A DNA stretch of 64,000 nt, from assembly GCA_965249575.1 (NCBI GenBank), contig OZ252244.1, forward strand, positions 32,001-96,000, given 5' to 3'. The stretch is from Gemmatimonadales bacterium (lineage in GTDB: Bacteria; Gemmatimonadota; Gemmatimonadetes; Gemmatimonadales; GWC2-71-9). How positions within the stretch are numbered: the stretch's first letter is position 1; every line of letters begins with the position of its first letter. Positions 31,370 through 40,789 of the stretch are shown one piece after another. The notes under the pieces are model-generated. The model worked only from the letters and a program-made list of their open reading frames with translations, was not told the DNA's origin and did not search any database. The position numbers and the translations under genes were made by a program.

Positions 31370-32270
31370 TTACCGGCCCACTCGCGCAAGATACGCACGG
31401 GCCTCTTCAACATGAGCGATAGCGGCACGGAAATGTCGCTCGCGCTCACGTTTGAATGGTATGTTCGCCGTGCTCGCGGCGCTATGGAGCAGCAGCTCGA
31501 GCTCGTGCATGGCGCCCCCGAGCGCTTGGTTCGCCATCCTGACGTTCACGTCCGCGTCCGCGCCCGGCGGGCGCACTGGCAAGCGCGCCAGCGTGCCCAA
31601 TCGATCACGCCAGACCTGGGACCACTCCAGCCACTTCCCCTCCGAGCGGCGGGCCGGCGGTGTCGCGAGGGCGGCGTCCACAACGGCCTCACCGATCTGA
31701 CCGCTCTCCCGCTGGCCTAGCCTTATGGTGCGCTGCAACTCGTCCGCGAGGTCTCTCAGGTCGCGGACCGTTACGCGGTCGACCTCCGGGACCGGAGCCG
31801 CTTGCGCCACATCCATCGCAGGAGTGGAGACGCCGAACCAACTCGCCGGTCGAAACACCTGGCCCCGCACGCGCTCCCAGTCCGAGCGGATCCTTGACAG
31901 GTCGGCCATCGCATATCCAACGTCGGCTTGCGCGTCGAGCGCGCCGGCAAAGTCGTACAGTCTCCCCCAGGCCCGGTGCCGCAACTGGTCCTGGCCATTT
32001 CCCCCTCACGGCCATGCTCAGCTCTAGCGCCTTTGCTGAAATGCGCCCAGCATCGTCAAACCCACCTGCCTCCGGAAGGTACACGAGCGTTTCGATTGCC
32101 TCGATCAATCGTCGATATGGTGTGGGATCGATCTTCTGCGCGACAGGCTCCGACGGAGCCTCGGCGGCGGGCGTATCCGCCTGCTCTGGTGCTGAATCGA
32201 GCCGCCCGAGCATGTAGAACCCGAGCGCGGCCACGGCGACCACCACGACCAGTACACGAGCAGACGACAT
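31370..32270 (-). pseudogene. Membrane-anchored helical hypothetical protein, frameshifted near 32000
   Basis: N-terminal TM (VLVVVVAVAALGFY) in one frame; protein-like continuation (RHRAWGRLYDFAG...) in ORF 31370-31984; G5/A3 run at the shift. Confidence 0.5.
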
Positions 32271-32412
32271 GCCCGCGCGGCTCCCGGAATTGTCTAGGAC
32301 GCGGAGTGCGAGCATCGATTCCCCTATCGTTGCGAGCTACCGCTACATCGATGTGTTTTCGGCCGACCAAAGGAAAAAGTTCACTCTTCCGGGGGCTGGG
32401 ACGCCCCCGCGC

Positions 32413-33858
32413 TCACGCCTGGCTCGCCAAATTGAGCTCGAAGAACGCGACCTCGGGCGGGGCACCCAACCGAATGGGCAGGACCGACGTCCCGAGGCCG
32501 CGTGAGACATAGAGGAAGGGGCGCACGTCCCGGTACCAGCCACTCAGGTAACGCCCGGAGCCCCTGGGCCGTATTGGCGCCCACCCCCGGAATGCTACTT
32601 GGCCGCCGTGGGCATGCCCCGACAACACGTACTGCGGTGTGTACTGCGAGAGCCGGCCAACGCCCCCTCTCGGGAGACCCGCCGCCCGCCGGGGCGTATG
32701 GTAGATCTCATCGCGAAAAATCGGGCAATGTGCGAGAACGATGTGGTGCCGGTGAGGGGCAAAGCCATCCAGCGCGCCCATCAGGTTCGGCCATCCTCCA
32801 ACCTCGTCGTCGAGGCCGGTGATCAGGACGTCGTGTCCGGCATGCCGGTGCAGCAGCGACTGGTTAATGAGCAGTTGGGCATTCGCAGCCTCGTATGCCC
32901 CGCGCAGCCGGCGCTCGTCCACCCGGGCCCATCGCTCCCAGTTACCGAGGATCGCGACCTTCGGGATCTGCTCGTCGAGGAGACCCAGGAACGCGGAAAG
33001 TTCTGCGATTCGGTCGCCCCTGTCGATCGAATCGCCGGTGAACAACACCAGGTCGGGACCGAGCTCGCTCACCGCCGCCGCGACCCGCTCCTCGTGGCCA
33101 CCAACAGTCTGCAGATGCAGGTCGGTAAGCTGCACCATTCGAAAGACGGGCTCCCCACCGCGCCCTGGAGAGCCTAGGAAATGCCGCGTGACGGAAACGG
33201 TCTCCGCGAAAAACGCTGCCGGTTTCCCGTTCGACGCGGTCAGAATCACCTCCTCGATATCTCGGGCGTACTTTTCCGCGCAGTCGTCATGCGGGGGACC
33301 AAACACGCATCGGTAGCAGTAGGGCGACAAGGCGTGTTTCACCCAGGGAACCGCGGTCGCGAGGGGTCGCCAACCGAACTGGCCGGTCAGGTTGGTCGCG
33401 AGGGTGCTTCGGCCCGAGTACGAGTACCGGAGCGCGATGATCTCGTCACGTCCCGTGTACATGCGAGCGAGCATGATGGCCGTCTCGACCGCTTCCGTTC
33501 CGCTGTTGGTGAAGAAGGTTCGCTTGAGCCCGGCCCCAGGGGCAATCGCTGCCAACCGGCGCGCGGCGGTCACCTGGTTCTCGGTCAAGTACAGTGTGGA
33601 GGTGTGTCCCAGCCTCCCCACTTGTTCCCGCACGCGCTCCACGACCTCCGGATGGCAGTGGCCGAGCGAGGTCGTGAGGATACCGCTGAAAAAGTCCAGA
33701 AACTCCCGACCGTCGGCATCGACTGCTGTCGTACCCCGCCCTTCGACGAGCACCAGGGGGTCGGTGTAGTAAGGCTGCGCGCACTGAATGAGGAACTCCC
33801 CGTACCCCGATTTGACAGCCGCCGAGAGCCTAGCCGCACTGCTCGTTGCGTTCCCCAT
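32413..33858 (-). CDS. In-frame chimera: class III aminotransferase N-half + metallophosphoesterase
   Basis: LDFFSGILTTSLGH, FFTNSGTEAVE, AAFFAET, then abruptly TDLH, GD, GNWE, HCP, SGHAHGGQ, SRGLG. Confidence 0.7.
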   Translation of the reverse strand: MGNATSSAARLSAAVKSGYGEFLIQCAQPYYTDPLVLVEGRGTTAVDADGREFLDFFSGILTTSLGHCHPEVVERVREQVGRLGHTSTLYLTENQVTAARRLAAIAPGAGLKRTFFTNSGTEAVETAIMLARMYTGRDEIIALRYSYSGRSTLATNLTGQFGWRPLATAVPWVKHALSPYCYRCVFGPPHDDCAEKYARDIEEVILTASNGKPAAFFAETVSVTRHFLGSPGRGGEPVFRMVQLTDLHLQTVGGHEERVAAAVSELGPDLVLFTGDSIDRGDRIAELSAFLGLLDEQIPKVAILGNWERWARVDERRLRGAYEAANAQLLINQSLLHRHAGHDVLITGLDDEVGGWPNLMGALDGFAPHRHHIVLAHCPIFRDEIYHTPRRAAGLPRGGVGRLSQYTPQYVLSGHAHGGQVAFRGWAPIRPRGSGRYLSGWYRDVRPFLYVSRGLGTSVLPIRLGAPPEVAFFELNLASQA

Positions 33859-33962
33859 CCGATTCCCCTATGACAATGATCCGATACCCGAACATCGAGT
33901 GCCCAAAAACCGAAATCTCAATGCCCTAAAGCTACACAAAGTCCGCACCCGCAGTTTTCCCC

Positions 33963-34010
33963 TCACCGCTCACCACTGACCACTCTACTATTCACCATTC
34001 ACCACTCCTC
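33963..34010. repeat. Degenerate short tandem repeats of about 7 nt (TCACCAY-like)
   Basis: tcaccgc tcaccac tgaccac tctacta ttcacca ttcacca in an intergenic spacer. Confidence 0.45.
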
Positions 34011-34028
34011 ATCTGGCGTTGCTCACTC

Positions 34029-35706
34029 TCATCTGCCTCCCCCACCGATCTCCTCGAACGTCAAATTGGTGATGGGATACTCCGGCCAGTCCTTGTAGTC
34101 GAAGTGCCACCACTCGACCACGTACACGCTGAATCCTTCAGACTCCATCGCTTTTTTCAACAAATCCCGGTACCACCGTTGGCGGCTCGTACCACCCGGG
34201 TAGCCTGGAAACGCCCGCGGAGAGAATTCGTCGTAGCCGCCTACCATGCGCACCGGACGGCCGCTCGAACGCTCATATAGTGTGAGATCCACGGCCGAGC
34301 CACGATTGTGCCGAGACCCGCGCTCCGGATTGGCAACGAACATCCTCAGACTGTCGGGGGTGGCATCCCAGAACATCTTGCTCACGTACCATCGACGATA
34401 GGCATCGTGAATCAGCAACCCGTAGCCTTGGTCCCGGAGCTTGCGATGGGCCCGTACGAGGGCCTCGGCGGCCGGGCGCTGCATGAACGCCTTTCCTTCC
34501 GTATAGAAGGCCGTGCTCACGAAGTTGTTGGTCGTCGCGTACCGCATATCCCGCAGAATGGTAGCGTCCAGCTCCGTCAATTCGACGAGGTCGGGCTCAC
34601 GAAACACGCCCGTTTCCTCCGGAGGTATCGCGGTCAAGGCTTCCCGCGTCAACTCGTCTGCTGGTCGGAGTGGAGTGATCTTAAACGTCGCTCCATTCCC
34701 GGCGCCCACCGGTCGCCTCGGGAAAACCATGCCTCCCGCCTCAGCCGCGGTTACCCGCCCGAGTTCATCACGCTCGAACACGACCTGCTCTCCCTGATAG
34801 AGTCCGGCGTCCGGAAACGCGAACACGCTCGTGGACACCTCGGTAAGGGGATACTCGAAAAACCACTCGATGAGAGCACGGAGACCGCCGTCCTTCTCGA
34901 GGATGTACAGCGTGTTGTAGTCCCAACCGTATTCGCCGATCAGCGGGCGCCAGCGCTCCGGCGGGGCGCGTGGGCGTGCAACCGTCACCCTACGTCCACA
35001 TCTGCGCCTTGGCCACGCGCCCTTCAATCGACGAATCCGGCCCGAACGCACTGCTGGACAGGCCCGCAGGTTCGAGCACTGCGCGCTCCAGATACCGCGC
35101 GAATGGTACGTGCTGCGTCTGCTCCAACACGTACCCGGCAACGGCGATTGCGGCGTTCGAGTATTTCGTGCGAGTCCCTGGGGGATAGACCAACTTCGTT
35201 CCGTTCAAGCTCCGGACGGTCTCCGCGAGAGACGGGCCACTCGAATCGAGGTAGTGACCCACGGGAGGCTCCCGTACCAATCCGGAGCGGTGCGTCATCA
35301 GCCAGCGCAGGGTGATGGGCGTCTCGAACGGATTCTCCGGCCGGAAGTCTGGGAGGTAATCCGTTATTGGCACGTCGAGATCTAGCTCCCCGCGCTCGAC
35401 GAGCTGCATGACCCCGATATCCGTAAACAACTTCGACACCGACCCTACACGATACACAGTGTTCGCGGTGGCGGGAGCGCTGTCGCTGGGGTCGGCCAAT
35501 CCAAACCCCCGCGCCCACACAACCTCCTGACCGTCGACTAGGGCAATGGACACCGCCGGGAGCTGGTGCGCGACGACCTCCCGCTCGACGTACTGCTCGA
35601 GGCGGCGGGCAATACCAGCATAGTCCCCCGTTGCGCGCACGACCGCATCCGAACCATCGCGACATCCAAACGCACCGAGTAGAATCCCCGTGAGCACGAA
35701 CCCCAC
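34029..35706 (-). pseudogene. Beta-lactamase-family serine hydrolase fused to M15 D-Ala-D-Ala dipeptidase, broken near 34990
   Basis: GSVSK (SxxK), LMTHRSG, YSN, then a stop at AQMWT*; other frame has DAYR, SRHNRGSAVDLT, EWWHFD (VanX-type); start approximate. Confidence 0.75.
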
Positions 35707-35892
35707 GCGGACTCCGGGTATCCGCGCGACGCACGAGACACAGTTACTCCAGCTCCCGTTCCAGCTCGTTTGGAAATCCTTGCTCGAAATCATCGTGGCG
35801 ACTGATCTGTGGCGGCGCACGACGCCGCGCCAACGTTGGCCGCGGTTCCAAGCCATCCCATATACGGCCTTTACAGAAGGGGCATCGGGACC

Positions 35893-36723
35893 TTGTCAGT
35901 CCCACCGAGCAACCGCCCGGGCGATTTCACCATACGCATCCTGCGGGGTCAATCCGACTATGATGCCTGCGTCGAGCTGCAGCGACTGACGTGGGGTGCA
36001 AATTTCACCGAGCTGGTCCCTCCCTCCCTCCAGATGGTGACGCAAAAAATGGGTGGCGTCGCGGCCGGGGCGTTTGACTCCGACGGCGGGATGGTGGGCT
36101 TCGTCTACGGCATGACCGGGGTGCACAACGGACGCGTCGCGCATTGGTCTCACATGCTCGCGGTCCGCGAGCGCGTCCAAGGACTGGGGCTGGGGCGCCA
36201 GCTCAAACAATTCCAACGCGAGCTGCTGCTTGAGATGGACATCGATCTGATCTACTGGACGTATGATCCGCTCGTGGCCCGCAACGCGCACCTGAATCTC
36301 AATCGGTTGGGTGCATCCCCCATCGAGTACGTGCGGGACATGTACGGTGGCGCTACCGACAGCGACTTGCACAGCGGTCTGGGCACGGACCGATTCGTAG
36401 TCGAGTGGCAAACCTGTGGGGAGCTAGCCACCGCCCGTGCACGGGGCGATCGACTCCCCAACATCGGGCGTTACGATACGCTCCCAGCTGTCAATGCGAA
36501 CGCGGAGGAGGGACCGCTTTCACGCGCGGACTCGGTGCGAGTGGAGATCCCGTCGGACATCATGGCGACGAAGCACGAGTCGGCCGACGTTGCGTGGCAA
36601 TGGCGCCTCACGACGCGGCGCGCCCTCATGGACTACCTCGCGAGCGGATATGCCGTCGAGGCGTTTTATCGAGACGGCCGCGATGGCCGTTGCTACTACG
36701 TAGTGTCGAGGGTAGGAACATAG
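35893..36723 (+). CDS. GNAT-family acyltransferase (probable D-amino acid N-succinyltransferase)
   Basis: SHMLAV, GLGRQLK, WTYDPLVARNAHLNL, TDRF; directly upstream of NSAR/OSBS; start approximate. Confidence 0.8.
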   Translation: MSVPPSNRPGDFTIRILRGQSDYDACVELQRLTWGANFTELVPPSLQMVTQKMGGVAAGAFDSDGGMVGFVYGMTGVHNGRVAHWSHMLAVRERVQGLGLGRQLKQFQRELLLEMDIDLIYWTYDPLVARNAHLNLNRLGASPIEYVRDMYGGATDSDLHSGLGTDRFVVEWQTCGELATARARGDRLPNIGRYDTLPAVNANAEEGPLSRADSVRVEIPSDIMATKHESADVAWQWRLTTRRALMDYLASGYAVEAFYRDGRDGRCYYVVSRVGT

Positions 36724-36727
36724 CGTC

Positions 36728-37858
36728 ATGACCCTCTGCGTCGGACAGATCGCGCTTCGGGAAATCGAGCTCCCGCTACGAGAGCCGTTTCAGATTTCGT
36801 CGGGAACCGTTGCGACCCGGCGCATTCTGCTACTCGAGCTTCGCTCAGTCGATGGTGCCGCGGCATGGAGCGAGTGCGTGGCGGGAGACCTTCCAAACTA
36901 TTCTCCCGAAACGATCGAGACGGCGTGGTTGGCACTGAAACAGTGGGTAGCCCCGCGCGTCCTCGGCGTGCGGTTCGACAGCCCCAAGGCCGTACACCCG
37001 GCCCTCGAGCGCGACTTCCGGGGCCACCACATGGCCAAGGCGGCCGTGGAGATGGGATGCTGGGCGCTGATGGCTCGGACGGAGGGCGTGAGCCTGTCCC
37101 ACCTGCTGGGCGGCACCCGTGACCAGATCCCCACCGGCATATCACTGGGGATTCAGTCGACCCCGGAAGCGCTGGTCGATCGCGCACGCGCGGCACACGA
37201 ACTCGGATACCGGAAGATCAAGCTCAAGATCACACCCGGCCACGACATCGCCTACGTGGCCGCCGTTCGGGAGGCTCTCGGCGATGGTGCGCGCCTCATG
37301 GCCGACGCGAACAATTCATACACACTAGACGACGCGGAGCATCTAGCGCAGCTCGATGCGTTCGGACTCATTATGATTGAGCAGCCCCTGGCCTGGGACG
37401 ATCTCAGGCGGCACGCCGAGCTGCAGCGGAAGTTGAAGACCCCAATCTGCCTCGACGAGTCGATCACGGGGATCGAGCGGGTCGAGGATATGATCGCGCT
37501 CCGGAGCGGAAAGATCGTGAACATCAAGCCCGGCCGAGTGGGTGGCTTTACCTCCTCCGTGGCGATTCACGATCTCTGCCAGCGACACGGGATTCCGGTC
37601 TGGTGCGGCGGCATGCTCGAGAGCGGCGTGGGGCGGGCGCACAACGTCGCTCTCGCGTCGCTCCCGAACTTCTCGCTCCCGGGGGACCTGAGCCCGAGTG
37701 CGCGGTATTGGGAACGTGACGTCGTAACGCCCGAATGGACGATGAGCGCCGACGGGATGGTCCGCGTCCCGCGGGAGGCGACCGGAATCGGAGTCGACGT
37801 GGACATGGACCGTGTAGCTGACCTGACGACCCGTCAGGAGACGCTCACCGACGACTGA
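36728..37858 (+). CDS. N-succinylamino acid racemase / o-succinylbenzoate synthase (enolase superfamily)
   Basis: KIKLKI, DAN, EQP, LDES, NIKPGRVGG, WCGGMLE, PGDLS. Confidence 0.9.
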   Translation: MTLCVGQIALREIELPLREPFQISSGTVATRRILLLELRSVDGAAAWSECVAGDLPNYSPETIETAWLALKQWVAPRVLGVRFDSPKAVHPALERDFRGHHMAKAAVEMGCWALMARTEGVSLSHLLGGTRDQIPTGISLGIQSTPEALVDRARAAHELGYRKIKLKITPGHDIAYVAAVREALGDGARLMADANNSYTLDDAEHLAQLDAFGLIMIEQPLAWDDLRRHAELQRKLKTPICLDESITGIERVEDMIALRSGKIVNIKPGRVGGFTSSVAIHDLCQRHGIPVWCGGMLESGVGRAHNVALASLPNFSLPGDLSPSARYWERDVVTPEWTMSADGMVRVPREATGIGVDVDMDRVADLTTRQETLTDD

Positions 37859-37983
37859 CGAGACGTTCGATGCTCGGAGCCAGGCATTCCAACATGCGCC
37901 AGCCTGGCCGAACTCAAAGCAGCCTGGGGCGACCTGGGGCAACCTGAAGGATAGAGGGCCGAAGCCCGGGAGAGCCGCCGACC

Positions 37984-39168
37984 GTGTTACCGAATCTCGA
38001 GCCGCTGTTTCCAGCCGATGCGCGCCAACGGCTCATCGAGCTGCGACGTGATTTACACCGCCACCCCGAGCTGTCGCGGCACGAGGAGCGCACGGCCCGC
38101 CGCCTTCAGGATGAGCTTGAAGCACTCGAACCGGCGCACATTCAGCGCCTCGCCGGAACCGGCGTGGTCGCGCGATTTCGGGGAAAGGACCGCAATGCCC
38201 CGGTCGTCGCAGTACGGGGAGACATCGATGCCCTACCGATACACGAGGAGACCGGCCTCGACTTCGCGTCAGCCAATCCGGGAGTGATGCACGCGTGTGG
38301 TCACGATGTCCACGCGACCTGGGCCGTCGGGGCGGCGTATCTCCTGACCAAGCATCCGGCCGCGGGTGACGTCGTGGCGATTCTCCAACCAGCCGAGGAG
38401 GCGGGCAACGGAGCAGCGTCGATGGTCGACGCCGGCGCGTTGGAGGGGGTGAGCGCAATCTTCGGAGCGCACGTCGATCGACGCTTCGCCGTGGGGCAGG
38501 TCGTTGCCGAGGCCGGACCACTCAATGCGGCCACCGACATGTTCGAAATCGAGCTCATGGGAAGTGGCGCGCACGGGGCGCGTCCCCACGAAGCCGCCGA
38601 CCCAATCGTCGGGGCAGCCGCGCTGATCGGTGCCCTGCAGACGATCGTCTCCCGGCGCTTGAATCCCGCCTCTCCTGCCGTTGTGAGCGTGGGCTCTATT
38701 CACGCGGGCGCCGCCTCGAACGTCATCCCCGACCGCGCGACGCTCAAGGGCACGCTGCGCGCCTTTGACCCCGAGGTCCGGCAGATGCTACAAAACGAGG
38801 TGCGCCACATCGCGGAAACCACGGCGGCACGTCACCACTTGCGGGTCGAAATCACCATCGAACGGGGGACCCCGGCCGTCATCAATCTCGAGGAACCGGC
38901 CGGTTGGGCGCGGACGGCAGCCGCCAACGTGCTCGGTGAGGATGCCATCGTCCCATTGGGGTTCCTCAACATGGGCGGCGAGGACTTCTCCTGTTATCTC
39001 GAGAAGGTGCCGGGCGCATTCCTTCGAATCGGTGGCCGGGAGGAGGGTGGCAAGCCCATTCCAGCACACTCGCCGCGCTTTTATGCAGCCGAGGACAGCA
39101 TCTTCGTCGGGGCCGCGGTGTTGGCTGAGACGGCAAGGGTCGCGGCGGAGGCGCTCAAGGGAGGATGA
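37984..39168 (+). CDS. M20D family amidohydrolase
   Basis: RRDLHRHPELS, MHACGHD, QPAEE, GAHGARPH, GGEDFS. Confidence 0.92.
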   Translation: MLPNLEPLFPADARQRLIELRRDLHRHPELSRHEERTARRLQDELEALEPAHIQRLAGTGVVARFRGKDRNAPVVAVRGDIDALPIHEETGLDFASANPGVMHACGHDVHATWAVGAAYLLTKHPAAGDVVAILQPAEEAGNGAASMVDAGALEGVSAIFGAHVDRRFAVGQVVAEAGPLNAATDMFEIELMGSGAHGARPHEAADPIVGAAALIGALQTIVSRRLNPASPAVVSVGSIHAGAASNVIPDRATLKGTLRAFDPEVRQMLQNEVRHIAETTAARHHLRVEITIERGTPAVINLEEPAGWARTAAANVLGEDAIVPLGFLNMGGEDFSCYLEKVPGAFLRIGGREEGGKPIPAHSPRFYAAEDSIFVGAAVLAETARVAAEALKGG

Positions 39169-39252
39169 GCAGCCTACCGCATCTCAATTATTTGCGGCGG
39201 GCGGGTCCGCGCCCCCGGTCCTACTCCTTAATGGTTTGGAGAGAGCTTGCCT

Positions 39253-39333
39253 AGGGGGACGTGGATCGACGCGGAAAACGTCCAACTACTCTGCGCCCGT
39301 CACGACATCCAGAAGCGAGATCGAATCGAGTGA
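39253..39333 (+). pseudogene. C-terminal remnant of an HNH endonuclease-like gene
   Basis: Translates as RGTWIDAENVQLLCARHDIQKRDRIE*, resembling the N-x-Q-x-L-C-x2-H-N end of HNH domains; no start. Confidence 0.5.
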
Positions 39334-39409
39334 ATGTTTCCGGGGGCGCTTTCCGGCTGGATGCCACCCGCGGCAACCCAGTTAAGGGGTCCCCATCCTA
39401 GACTCCCCA

Positions 39410-40123
39410 TTGCTCATCGGTGCCGCGGCGATCGTGGCCGGCGCCGTGGCAGCCGTATCCGGTTTCGGAATCGGCAGCCTCCTCACACCCCTGCTCCTAC
39501 TCTCGATGCCTACCGCGCACGCGGTGGCGATCCTGGCCATCCCCCACGCGCTCGCGACAGGGATTCGCTGGCTTCGCCTTCGCTCGGATGTGGATCGGCC
39601 GACGTTTCGGCAGTTCGGCGTTGCGAGCGCCGTGGGCGGTTTGGCCGGCGCCGCTCTTCAATCTCAGCTCGGGAGCCCTGCCCTCACGATCGTGCTCGCG
39701 TCGCTCTTACTGCTCGCGGGGACGACAGAGCTGGCCAAGCGCCGCATTCCGTTGCCCCAGACGCGCTTCTGGCGGCTGCTCGGCGGGACGCTGTCCGGCG
39801 CGTTCGGCGGGCTCGTCGGTAATCAAGGAGGCATTCGCGCCGCGGCCCTGCTCGGATTCCAACTTCCACCGCGTCGCCTCGTCGCGACGGCGACCGCCTC
39901 CGCGCTCCTTGTGGACGCAGCGAGGCTGCCCATCTATCTGCTTTCGGCGGGTACCGTGATCGCCAACGCGACCCAGCTCTGGGTCGCCGCGTCCGTTGGG
40001 GTCACTATCGGAACCTTCCTGGGCGTCCCCGTGCTCAGCCGGATTCCAGAGCCCGTCTACCGGCAGCTCGTCGGTGGAGTACTGGTTGCGCTGGGAATCG
40101 CATTGGTCGCCGCCGCCGTGTAG
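39410..40123 (+). CDS. TauE/SafE (TSUP) family exporter
   Basis: SGFGIGSLLTP and GGLVGNQGG repeats; about 8 TM. Confidence 0.85.
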   Translation: MLIGAAAIVAGAVAAVSGFGIGSLLTPLLLLSMPTAHAVAILAIPHALATGIRWLRLRSDVDRPTFRQFGVASAVGGLAGAALQSQLGSPALTIVLASLLLLAGTTELAKRRIPLPQTRFWRLLGGTLSGAFGGLVGNQGGIRAAALLGFQLPPRRLVATATASALLVDAARLPIYLLSAGTVIANATQLWVAASVGVTIGTFLGVPVLSRIPEPVYRQLVGGVLVALGIALVAAAV

Positions 40124-40160
40124 CACGCGGACAGGGGGTCAGGACCTTGGCTCGGGTCGG

Positions 40161-40767
40161 CTAGTGCGAGGCTGCCGGATATCGGCGCTCCGACCACATG
40201 ACATGAGCGTCACACGTACCGCTGTGATGGAGAAACGGCCAACCAGGCCGAGGCTCCTCCGCGGGAAGGCCCAGCGACTCCGGTCGGGCATCCGGCTGCT
40301 GCAGCAGATGGTACACGGTCATCGAGTCCGGTAGGTCGGCACCCGCAGCCAGCTGACCGGACGCTTCGATAATGAGCCCTCTGTTCGGAAGTGAGACGAT
40401 GCCAGCCGTCACGTCCTCGCAGAGCCGTTCTCGGAAGGCGGGGCCGCGGAGGCCCTGCTTCCTGAGCATCCGCTGATGGTCTAGAAACGGTGCGAGGGAG
40501 TCGGAGAAGCACGAGACTGAAAAGCGGTCATCACCCGCCTCGTCTCCCAGACACGTGAACGCGCCGTCGCCACTCGACTCCACCCGAACCCCGCCATCCG
40601 TGGGGCTCAGGAACGTCACGCCATCTCGCGCTCCTGCCGGGAGCATTCTCAGCAACTCGTCGACCTGCCGCTCGACCGGAGCCTGAGCCCAAGCACTCGG
40701 AATCGCGAGCCCGGTAACAGCCGCAACGACTCCCACGATACCCGCGTATCGGGTGGAAAGACCTCAT
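40161..40767 (-). CDS. Exported hypothetical protein, possible frameshift in the first codons
   Basis: Signal peptide (AWAQ), FTCLGD, C-terminal AHVM; the ATG at 40767 behind GGAGG is out of frame with ORF 40161-40736. Confidence 0.6.
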
Positions 40768-40789
40768 TCACGACCTCCGAGTCTGGGGC

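Noticed and set aside
36728..37858. menC as part of a menaquinone operon
   Set aside because: No other men genes in the window, and GNAT and M20 neighbours point to the racemase role, so the symbol was withheld.
37924..37947. CCTGGGGC(G/A)A short direct repeat before the M20 gene
   Set aside because: About 2.5 copies of a 10-mer in GC-rich DNA; not distinguishable from chance.
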